DNA of 46,959 nucleotides. Origin: Candidatus Thorarchaeota archaeon (lineage in GTDB: Archaea > Asgardarchaeota > Thorarchaeia > Thorarchaeales > Thorarchaeaceae). The stretch's first letter is position 1. Each line of letters starts with the position of its first letter. Below, in pieces: positions 39,179 through 46,959 of this stretch. A model generated the notes under the pieces. The model searched no databases. It had not been told where the DNA came from and worked only from the letters and a program-made list of their open reading frames with translations. The stretch lies in assembly GCA_004524445.1 (NCBI GenBank), contig SDNP01000025.1:1-46959 (forward strand). Direction: 5' to 3'. The translations under genes and the position numbers were made by a program.

Positions 39179-39452
39179 CTTTCTGGTATTAGAAAAAGAA
39201 GGGGGGAAACCTATTAGCTAATACTCTAGAGGTGCTCCTTCCATTCTTTCTTTGATACTGCTTTGCATAGTAGTGCAAGCTCGAGAACTGAAGTTGCTAG
39301 GTGTCTAGCTACAGATTCGTGATGATTATCTAGAGTAACTCTAGGCAAATCTTGCAGACTTCTTTAATACTAGATGCGGCAACCATAAGACTCGATGTTG
39401 GTATAGAATTTCTGCAGTACACCTACGAACTGCCCTACTTCTTGCCGACATC

Positions 39453-39459
39453 CTTAAAT
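39453..39459 (+). promoter_or_regulatory. Probable TATA box of tRNA-Cys
   Basis: CTTAAAT about 30 nt upstream of the tRNA 5' end. Confidence 0.4.
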
Positions 39460-39488
39460 CTGAATGGAGATATGACTCGAGTACTTCA

Positions 39489-39563
39489 GCCGGTCTGGCG
39501 GAGCAGCTACGCAACAGACTGCAAATCTGTACCACTTGGGTGCAAATCCCAAGGCCGGCTCCA
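39489..39563 (+). tRNA. tRNA-Cys (GCA), intron-less, CCA encoded
   Basis: Acceptor GCCGGTC/GGCCGGC + U73 + CCA; D stem GCG/CGC; anticodon stem ACAGA-CTGCAAA-TCTGT; T stem TTGGG-TGCAAAT-CCCAA. Confidence 0.93.
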
Positions 39564-39676
39564 TTATTCCAGAAGCTTTAGTAAGCTCAGTTATTCGTTC
39601 TTACTAATCTCTTATCTATCAAGTCCTCTGTTTATGTTATTCCGGCCGTTGTAGTAGAAATTTGCATCTATAAAAA

Positions 39677-40159
39677 TTACTGAGCTTCTCCCTCAATGAA
39701 GACGTTAATTGAATAATCTCCAATTGGCATCTCTGGAGCAAAATAAATTGTCCAGAAAATATCCATTGTCTGTCCCGGCGAAAGCGTTCCCAACATAACG
39801 TATGAACTATAGGTATCAGGACTACCTAACGACCAATAGTTAATCGCCAATGTGCCGTTCACGTAGAGTTTGTAGGCTGCAACGTCTGTTTCGTCAGTAA
39901 TCATCGCAGAAGTCAGATTCAACCAGAAATAGCATGCCCAGGTTCCGCTAGCCACAGTTGCATTCACGTGATAGGTGTAATTAACCCCTCTGATGAGTGA
40001 ACCACTCGGTCCGGTTACTTCAGTTAGATTAACTGGATTTCCCTCAACAACAACACCGTAGTGAAGCGTATTTGAAATCACAATAAGGGCAGCTAAACCA
40101 GTTCCAGCTCCAGCAATGACCAGAATAGCTGCTATAGCTGCGATTTGACGTCTCTCCAC
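39677..40159 (-). CDS. Membrane-anchored/secreted beta-rich (Ig-like) putative glycoprotein
   Basis: N-terminal basic + hydrophobic segment; five NxT sequons (NLT, NYT, NAT, NLT, NGT). Confidence 0.75.
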   Translation of the reverse strand: MERRQIAAIAAILVIAGAGTGLAALIVISNTLHYGVVVEGNPVNLTEVTGPSGSLIRGVNYTYHVNATVASGTWACYFWLNLTSAMITDETDVAAYKLYVNGTLAINYWSLGSPDTYSSYVMLGTLSPGQTMDIFWTIYFAPEMPIGDYSINVFIEGEAQ

Positions 40160-40371
40160 ACGAATTCACCTTAGCTCATATGATTAGATAAATTTCTTAA
40201 TAAGCATTTCCTCTAATGATTGATGTTACTATTGATGCGGAAGTTGAGTTCTTCAACAGAAGAATATCCTCTGGATGTTTGCCAATTGAACACTTCTGAG
40301 ATGTGAGCAATATGCCTCTTCATTCTACCATTGGCTTGTCCTTAGTACGTGTGCCAGTGAGAATTCCTCCA

Positions 40372-40399
40372 GGGTGCAAATCCCAAGGCTGGCTGCATT
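40372..40399 (+). repeat. Direct repeat of the tRNA-Cys 3' end (att-like)
   Basis: GGGTGCAAATCCCAAGGCtGGCTgCATT matches 39538-39565 at 26/28 nt. Confidence 0.85.
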
Positions 40400-40499
40400 T
40401 GCTTTTATTTCTCTACACAGCAATACTGCATTATTACAAAATGAACGTCCTGCAAAACCCTTTTTCATATAATGAAACATATCCTGTGCTGTGGTTTGA

Positions 40500-42695
40500 G
40501 TGACTTCCCTCATACAAGAGAATGCTTGGTCTATTATTCGAAGAATGGCCGCGACACTGCTTGACCACAGAAGGATTGAGGATGCAGATGCTCAAGAGAT
40601 CGAAATAGTTCGTCTAGCATCTCTGAACCACTTGCTGGCATCATGCCTTAACCACACCAATGGCTATATTGCGAATCTTCGTGAGGCACCGTTCTCCAGA
40701 TTGAGTTATGCATCGCTATTCATTGGGCTTGATTCCGAGGAGATTTTGACAGATGCAAGGCGTCTCCTGGAAATGATATCCGCACCCTGCAATGAAGCCA
40801 AGGAGCTTCCTCTGTATTCTTTACCGGATTTGTTGTCGCAGATACATTCATTATGCTCCTATCATCTCTCGCCAGTCGGTCGCCTCTTCCAGAAGAATCT
40901 CGGGGCTTTCTATACCCCGCCAGAAATTGCTGGCTACATTGTGAAATCAATAATAGATGTCAATGGAGGGAACCAAAAATGGAGAACTACTAAGGATGAT
41001 TTCAAAGGCAAAATGCCTAACATCCTAGATCCAGCCTGTGGTACTGGCGCCTTTCTTGTTGCAGCCTTCAAGGTTTTTTCGGAATCCTATTTACATGACG
41101 ATGATTCATCAAGAGTGGCGAATTCAGCAAAAATACTGCAAGAAATAAGCGAGCGTATCTATGGAGTGGACCTTGATGCAGGGTCAGTGGAGATAGCAGA
41201 CATCTCCCTCAGTCTCTTGGGCGGTGAACGAAAGCTCCCAATGAAGAGTCGTCAATTTGGGGTAACTCTAAAACAGGGTAATGCCCTCATATCGCCAACA
41301 GGGAACGACTCAGAAAAGCGATTAGATGCATTTTTTGAAAATCCGAGTTCCGAGTTGCCGTTCGATTGGGAAAAGGAATTTCCCCGGATATTCTCAGATG
41401 ATGAATCTGGTTTCGATGTTGTTGTCGTCAATCCACCATATGAGCGGCTTAAACCGAATAGAACAGAGTTTGGGCGACATTTGGGTGAGGAACTAGCTAG
41501 GAGGTACCCGTCACTCAGTTTTGCCAACGACGCGCAAAGAATCAAGGAGAAGATTACTTACTTCCGAAAATCAGACCAGTATGAATATGCAAATGTCTAT
41601 TCAATGGACACTTATCGACTATTCATCGAACGGTCTCTTCAACTGCTGAGAAACAGTGGCAAATTCGGATTTATTGTCCCATCCACTCTTGCAGGCGACT
41701 TGGCTTCAAAGGAAATCAGAAGATATCTGTTTATAGAAAATAGCTTGTCCAGCCTAGACTTCTTCAAGGAAACAGCAGATATATTCCCAGATGTGAGTCA
41801 AGCTTTCTGTGTCATGGTGGGCAACAAAGGTGGTAGTACTTCAAAAATCGACCTTCGATTCGGGCTGAACTCCATTGATCAACTGACTTCCATTCGTAGC
41901 TATCAAATGCATTTGGATGAAATGGCCCGGATTGTTGGGTTCTCTCTCGTTGTGCCTCGAATAGAATCATTTGAGTGGGAAATCCTGAAACAAATGCATA
42001 CCCACCCTACTGTGGCCGAAGCCGATTGGATTCTCAATCACCGAGGTGAGCTTGACCTGACACTCGATAAAGAGTTCCTGTCGGACAAGGAAATAGGTCC
42101 GCGTTTGCTGAAAGGCTCTGATATAGGACGATATGCCTTAAGAGCCTCAGAAACCTCGTACTCACCAAAATATGTACGCCTGAGAGATTTCAGACAGTCA
42201 AAAACAAAATCAGTCAGGCTTGGCCATATTGATTCAGAAAGAATTGCCTGTCAGCAGATAAACAACCAACATCAAAAATGGCGCCTAAAATTCGCCAAGG
42301 TAAATTCGGGATTCGTGTTGGCGAACTCCTGCAATTACTTGACCGTGACAAGCCAAAAATCTAGGGGCACATTATTGAATTATCTCCTTGGTCTGATGAA
42401 CTCCGAGCTCATGAATTGGAGATTCTCTGCCACGAGCTACAACAACCATGTATCCAACAGAGAGCTCGACACGCTTCCGGTTCCAAATCCAATGGATTCA
42501 GAAAAACAAGATGAAACTATGAAGGAAATCGCAAATTTGGCGTCCAGAGCAAGTCATCGAAGTCAAGACTTAGTACCAAAAATCGAAAGTCTAGTTTTCA
42601 AGCTTTTTGACATTCGTAAATCCACAGCCTCCAAGCTGTTGGATTCTAGAGGTTTAGGAGAGCAGCAGATTAGCAACATTCTCAATCATATGTAG
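40500..42695 (+). CDS. N6-adenine DNA methyltransferase (gamma class, Alw26I/Eco31I/Esp3I-like)
   Basis: GAFYTP, ILDPACGTGAFL, NPPY, C-terminal TRD (YLLGLMNS..NNHVSNREL). Confidence 0.88.
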   Translation: MTSLIQENAWSIIRRMAATLLDHRRIEDADAQEIEIVRLASLNHLLASCLNHTNGYIANLREAPFSRLSYASLFIGLDSEEILTDARRLLEMISAPCNEAKELPLYSLPDLLSQIHSLCSYHLSPVGRLFQKNLGAFYTPPEIAGYIVKSIIDVNGGNQKWRTTKDDFKGKMPNILDPACGTGAFLVAAFKVFSESYLHDDDSSRVANSAKILQEISERIYGVDLDAGSVEIADISLSLLGGERKLPMKSRQFGVTLKQGNALISPTGNDSEKRLDAFFENPSSELPFDWEKEFPRIFSDDESGFDVVVVNPPYERLKPNRTEFGRHLGEELARRYPSLSFANDAQRIKEKITYFRKSDQYEYANVYSMDTYRLFIERSLQLLRNSGKFGFIVPSTLAGDLASKEIRRYLFIENSLSSLDFFKETADIFPDVSQAFCVMVGNKGGSTSKIDLRFGLNSIDQLTSIRSYQMHLDEMARIVGFSLVVPRIESFEWEILKQMHTHPTVAEADWILNHRGELDLTLDKEFLSDKEIGPRLLKGSDIGRYALRASETSYSPKYVRLRDFRQSKTKSVRLGHIDSERIACQQINNQHQKWRLKFAKVNSGFVLANSCNYLTVTSQKSRGTLLNYLLGLMNSELMNWRFSATSYNNHVSNRELDTLPVPNPMDSEKQDETMKEIANLASRASHRSQDLVPKIESLVFKLFDIRKSTASKLLDSRGLGEQQISNILNHM

Positions 42696-42748
42696 TTGCG
42701 TGTGTTTCTGCATCGCAATGCTTTCAAGTCGCCGATGTTCAGAATGGA

Positions 42749-43990
42749 ATGGTCACTATGTTTGAGGCAGAGGCTACTGATGGACATGAGGTTGATCAGA
42801 CCATTAGTCTATTCAATCATGTTACTGCGAAACTAAGTGACTTGGACCTTGAGATGGTAAAATCGGTCAAACCAGGTGGAAATTGGAATGACATTCCTCT
42901 GAAGACTGCCAAAAAATCGAAACGACTCATGCAGATCAGAAACTCCGGAGGTCGAACAACCTACTATGGCAGACTCCGACCTGATTTGCCAAGCTATACC
43001 ATCAATACATACTTCAATAGACCCGGAAATGGAACATTCATTCACCCGGAAAGAAACAGGCTTATCTCCATCAGAGAAGCAGCTCGACTCCAATCATTCT
43101 CAGATGATTTCAGGTTCTATGGCAGTCTTAGTTCGCAATACAAACAGATAGGAAATGCTGTTCCTCCCCTTCTAGCTAGGGCAATAGGAAGTATGATTCC
43201 TGCTTCTCGGGCTGTTGACTTATTCTGTGGGGCTGGTGGCATGTCAAATGGCCTAATTCAAGCTGGACACAAGGTAATTGCAGCAGCGGATGTGAACAAT
43301 CATATGCTTGAAACATATGGTGAGAATCACAATCAAACCAAATCCGTAAAATCTGATTTCACGAAGAACAAGGACATCACCGAGACAATCCAGTCCATTG
43401 AGGGTTCTCTCGCGGGAAAGACACTGGGATTGCTGGCGGCTGGTCCCCCCTGTCAGGGGTTTTCAACGGCCGGTAAACGAAAAGACGATGATCCTCGTAA
43501 TTCTCTGCTCTTTGCCGCTCTGAAAATCGTAGACACCCTCTGTCCTGAACATATCTTGATTGAGAACGTTCTTGGATTGAAATGGATGAAAGGTGGAGAT
43601 ATTCTAGGCTCGTTCATGCAGCACTTGGAATCATTGGGTTATGCTGCATCGTGGCACAAACTATACGCAGAACAGTTTGGTGTTCCGCAGCGACGCAGAA
43701 GGATCTTTGTCTTGGCATCTCAAACGGGAAATGAATTCAGTCCACCTGAACCGGTTTTTTCACGTGTTACAACAGGCCGGACAAGAGAAGATATACATTT
43801 CAAAGATAGTCACCTAGCGGAACCTGTATCTGTTGATGAAGCCATAGGCGATATGCCCCAAGTATGTGAAGATACTGATTGTGTAGAATATCAACCCAGT
43901 AACACTAAGAGCAGAAGCACGTATCAGCAGCTCATGCGAAAAGAAATATCTTATGAGAAATTTATTGAAGGTCGGTCGAAGAAAGCTTGA
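42749..43990 (+). CDS. Circularly permuted C5-cytosine DNA methyltransferase
   Basis: TRD + motif IX (REAARLQSF) + X (QIGNAVPP) precede motif I (DLFCGAGG), IV (GPPCQGFS), VI (ENV) and VIII (QRRRRIF). Confidence 0.92.
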   Translation: MVTMFEAEATDGHEVDQTISLFNHVTAKLSDLDLEMVKSVKPGGNWNDIPLKTAKKSKRLMQIRNSGGRTTYYGRLRPDLPSYTINTYFNRPGNGTFIHPERNRLISIREAARLQSFSDDFRFYGSLSSQYKQIGNAVPPLLARAIGSMIPASRAVDLFCGAGGMSNGLIQAGHKVIAAADVNNHMLETYGENHNQTKSVKSDFTKNKDITETIQSIEGSLAGKTLGLLAAGPPCQGFSTAGKRKDDDPRNSLLFAALKIVDTLCPEHILIENVLGLKWMKGGDILGSFMQHLESLGYAASWHKLYAEQFGVPQRRRRIFVLASQTGNEFSPPEPVFSRVTTGRTREDIHFKDSHLAEPVSVDEAIGDMPQVCEDTDCVEYQPSNTKSRSTYQQLMRKEISYEKFIEGRSKKA

Positions 43991-44044
43991 ATTACCACTC
44001 TTGGACTTTCATCACACCTCTGCAAAAACCTAGGAGCTAAATCG

Positions 44045-45757
44045 GTGATTAGCGGCGCTATCCTGTATGATCTTGCAGGAGCAAAGGAATGGGCAAGGAT
44101 TCAGTTTACCAAAGAACACTTTCCAGAAGAGGTGCCAGAAGAAGTCATCTCACGATTTTTTGACTTGATATTGCAGGATGATATGGAGAGCTGTGTTACA
44201 ATCCAAGTGTCAGGAATATCTTTTTGTTTGGCACGGGTTGATGAGAAGACCTTGCTACTAACATATACTTCTGATGAGAAACCAGAAGTTGATGATGTGG
44301 ACCGAACGGTCGAGTTACGGGATTATCTGGCTGACCTTCTCATGGCTGAATCTCCTAGGGATGCTAGTAAGAGGTGGCATAGCATAGCTGGCAAAGTTCT
44401 TCGGAAAAATATCCGGATTAGATTTGCAATGCCCTCTTTTATACTCAACAACACGAAACCGGGTTCGGGAGTTCAGCGGATTATGCAAATATGTGGGGAT
44501 GGCTACGAAGATCGAGAGAGTCTAGTTGTGGGTCCCTTCGAAATATCGTCATCATTCAGCCAAATATCTGAATTGGCTGATGACAGCTCTTATCTCACTT
44601 CTCCGACAGATGATGTTATTCTAACGATTGTTAAAAGAGGTATTTTCACGGACAATATGATTCAGCAACTTGAGGATATTAAGGAAAACGTGTCAATCCC
44701 CGTATTGGTAGTTCCTGCATCGGATGAAGATCTAGAGTTTACACGTAGTTTAGAGAACCGAGGCTTCAGATTGTGCGACTCCATCACAGAAGACCCGATT
44801 GATTTGACACTTGCCATTCTAGCGATGATGGGCGAGTCACATATGCAACCTGAGCTAGCGCGGAAGAAATGGGTAATCAACAAATTGGAGGCATTTGTAG
44901 AAGAATCTGGGCCCGATGATGAGAAGGAAGGGTTTGGTCATAAAGCATTCTTCGTTGTGACTAGAGAAAATGGAGAGGCTGTCTTTAGCTACTATTACGA
45001 TGTCAGCAGCGAGTTCTTGGAACGATCCCCCAATGTGATTGCCGCCATAACCATGTTTGAGTTCGACACAGAAGAAGACAGCAGAACATCAGTATTTCGA
45101 ACAGGTGAGCTCGTATATGCAGTCATTGAACATGAAGACTTGATTTTTGCTCTTATCACGGGTCAAGATGAAGATATAGCTGACTTGCGCCGTCGATTCT
45201 CGTTCCTACCTGAACTCTGGAGAGAAGAGGACCCGGAGAACCTGCGTTGCGACAGCCAACCCTATCACTCACCTCCCTTCGCCTTAAAGCTCCTTGCTAC
45301 TCTACCCCCCGAAAAGCTGCCAATGCGATATTATCCGGTTAGAAAAAAGGAGCCTGATTGGGTAACATTTCGCTATCCTGAAGTAAGAGACCTCCTGCAG
45401 GCTGTCTGGCAGGCCATAGAGAAACCAATCATTGTAGAGCAGTTTGCGGCAAGCGAAGGTCCGAATATGACTTTGGGTGCGATTCATCTCCTTCGCATTC
45501 TGGAAGCCATCGATTTTAGGGTGAAGATTGCTCTTGACGACAGACCAGTTTTCGTGGAAGAATTGGATGACCAAACAAAACAAATCTACTCGCACATCGA
45601 ACAAATCAGAAATCACACAGACGGAAATAAGACAATCAAAGCAATTGGTGAAGCTGTCGGAATAGCTCCCGCAATACTTCTCCGGGTGTTTCAAGACCTG
45701 CACAGACGGGGATTGGTTCACTTCAGAAATGCTGATATGTCATCAGAAAACTCTTAG
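44045..45757 (+). CDS. Putative longin / degenerate GTPase / longin / tandem winged-helix protein
   Basis: GTG start after AGGAG; N-terminal half aligns by eye with the downstream longin-GTPase; C-terminal DGNKTIKAIG..LHRRGLV wHTH. Confidence 0.7.
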   Translation: MISGAILYDLAGAKEWARIQFTKEHFPEEVPEEVISRFFDLILQDDMESCVTIQVSGISFCLARVDEKTLLLTYTSDEKPEVDDVDRTVELRDYLADLLMAESPRDASKRWHSIAGKVLRKNIRIRFAMPSFILNNTKPGSGVQRIMQICGDGYEDRESLVVGPFEISSSFSQISELADDSSYLTSPTDDVILTIVKRGIFTDNMIQQLEDIKENVSIPVLVVPASDEDLEFTRSLENRGFRLCDSITEDPIDLTLAILAMMGESHMQPELARKKWVINKLEAFVEESGPDDEKEGFGHKAFFVVTRENGEAVFSYYYDVSSEFLERSPNVIAAITMFEFDTEEDSRTSVFRTGELVYAVIEHEDLIFALITGQDEDIADLRRRFSFLPELWREEDPENLRCDSQPYHSPPFALKLLATLPPEKLPMRYYPVRKKEPDWVTFRYPEVRDLLQAVWQAIEKPIIVEQFAASEGPNMTLGAIHLLRILEAIDFRVKIALDDRPVFVEELDDQTKQIYSHIEQIRNHTDGNKTIKAIGEAVGIAPAILLRVFQDLHRRGLVHFRNADMSSENS

Positions 45758-45838
45758 ATGTATTGGTAAGAAGAGATAACTGTACATGGAAGTATAAACA
45801 ATATAGCTTGATATTTGCAGTTAGTTTGGTGATTAAGC

Positions 45839-46959
45839 ATGATACACAACGTCCTCCTCATCAGAAAGAGAACAGGGGACGTTATTGTCAGTGCTCGTTT
45901 CTGGAAAATTGAATTCGAAGAAGAGCACATTCAAGACTTCCTGATTGGGCGCCAGGAGATGCAAGAAACAGAGGGCCTTGCCGAAGACACTCCAGTCTAT
46001 GTGAATGAACACAAAGTGTTCCATGGAGAAGTTGGAGAAGACTTCCTGCTTATCTTCGCAACTGATGGTAGAGATGAAGACCGCACCATCCAACATAAGG
46101 TCCGAGAGGGCTCAGCTCGAATTGAAACCGCCCTCCGAGGCAATACCTTAGGCTACATCAAAGACAATCTTGAGGAGATTCTGGGCGAACTCATCTTCAC
46201 TCGCTTCAAGATTTCATTCGTGGGGTCAGGCGGTGTGGGCAAATCAACCCTTCTTCGTCTCTTATTCGGCAAAGAACCCGCCCCAGGGGGATATGTGCCC
46301 ACCATAAATGTGGCTGTGGACAGCAGTGAAACCATTCAGTTTGGCACTTTTCTTGTCACGATTTGGGACTTCGCCGGGCAGGCCGTTTTTCAAGACCTTT
46401 GGTCGTTCTATTTCCAGGGAACGGATGTAATTTTCCTCATCACGGATAGCAGTTTCCGGAATGTGATGCAAACAAAGTCACTGATGCGGAATATCAAGAA
46501 AGAGGCTCCGGCTGTACCGTTATTCATTGTCGCGAACAAGCAGGACCTTCCTGAATCCATGGCAGGCGATAAGATTCAGCGTCTACTGGGAGCTCCCACC
46601 TTCTCAATGGTTGCAACCTATAAGACTCGTCGAGAGGAGGTCATCCGGTTTATGCTTGAGGTTGCTGCGAAGACTGTCGGCGTCCAGTTGCCAAATCGCC
46701 CAATCAGCGAAATGATTACTGTTCGGCGAAAGACCGAGGAGATTGACCGCCCTGAATTGCAGAGAGAGCGGGATATCAAAGAATCAGGGTTTGAAGAGGT
46801 TCCCTTCGAAGGTGGAGAGGCATCTGCTGACCTGCAGATTGACACATCCAAGGCAGTGGAAGACGCCCTGTCTGAGGATTCAGATGCGGGCATAGAAGAC
46901 ACGACTGAAACAGAAGTGGAAACACAGGTTCCATCGACCACAAGAATACTGAACCTCAT
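45839..46959 (+). CDS. Longin-fused Arf-like small GTPase (partial, runs off the right edge)
   Basis: GGTGA SD + ATG 45839, 373 open codons to the window end; G1 GSGGVGKS, G2 PT, G3 WDFAGQ, LWSFYF, G4 NKQD; ~120-aa longin-like N-terminus; acidic linker. Confidence 0.9.
   Translation, partial: MIHNVLLIRKRTGDVIVSARFWKIEFEEEHIQDFLIGRQEMQETEGLAEDTPVYVNEHKVFHGEVGEDFLLIFATDGRDEDRTIQHKVREGSARIETALRGNTLGYIKDNLEEILGELIFTRFKISFVGSGGVGKSTLLRLLFGKEPAPGGYVPTINVAVDSSETIQFGTFLVTIWDFAGQAVFQDLWSFYFQGTDVIFLITDSSFRNVMQTKSLMRNIKKEAPAVPLFIVANKQDLPESMAGDKIQRLLGAPTFSMVATYKTRREEVIRFMLEVAAKTVGVQLPNRPISEMITVRRKTEEIDRPELQRERDIKESGFEEVPFEGGEASADLQIDTSKAVEDALSEDSDAGIEDTTETEVETQVPSTTRILNL

Noticed and set aside
39179-39488. 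ORFs 39341-39535 and 39352-39654
   Set aside because: They overlap the tRNA and its promoter and show no protein motifs
40340-40400. Second tRNA gene
   Set aside because: Only the T-arm and 3' acceptor strand are present; no D or anticodon arm and no CCA, so treated as an att-like repeat
42693-42749. TAG read-through (pyrrolysine) fusing the two methyltransferases as in M.Alw26I
   Set aside because: The downstream ORF is not in frame with the TAG (53-nt gap)
78-45721. Many 60-150 aa ORFs antisense to or nested in assigned genes
   Set aside because: No motifs, typical antisense composition, and full overlap with well-supported CDSs
45833-46959. Minus-strand ORFs 45833-46096, 46153-46335, 46262-46471, 46618-46959 and + ORF 46527-46715
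   Set aside because: Shadows of the real + strand longin-GTPase gene starting at 45839
1-46959. CRISPR array, IS/transposase, integrase, rRNA
   Set aside because: No regularly spaced repeats, terminal inverted repeats, recombinase motifs or rRNA-like sequence seen by eye

Overview
Gene-dense archaeal chromosomal window, most likely Asgard archaea and probably Thorarchaeia. This is inferred from TFB, archaeal SD/TATA signals and longin-GTPase eukaryotic-signature proteins occurring alongside bacterial-type MutS, Tal/Rpe, MenA and CysRS. The left two-thirds is metabolic and housekeeping: tal-rpe-mutS, two VIT1/CCC1 paralogues, an isoprenoid/quinone cluster (GGR, long-chain prenyl synthase, menA) with a CCG Fe-S + FAD oxidoreductase pair, ACD alpha, an aminotransferase, a complete group 3b [NiFe] hydrogenase operon, CoA-disulfide reductase, a macro/pseudo-macro/NUDIX cluster, TFB, a feo operon with a split FeoB and a DtxR-like operator, a LarA-family gene and cysS. 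The right third is more variable: ADH plus a pseudogene remnant, tRNA-Cys(GCA) with a duplicated 3' end bracketing a one-gene islet, and an orphan N6-adenine + circularly permuted C5-cytosine methyltransferase pair. The most interesting element is at the right end. It is a tandem of a longin-pseudoGTPase-longin-winged-helix (NPRL2-like) protein and a longin-Arf-like GTPase. The GTPase ORF starts at 45839, runs off the window and is absent from the supplied ORF track. All family assignments are by eye from motifs; no database searches were run.
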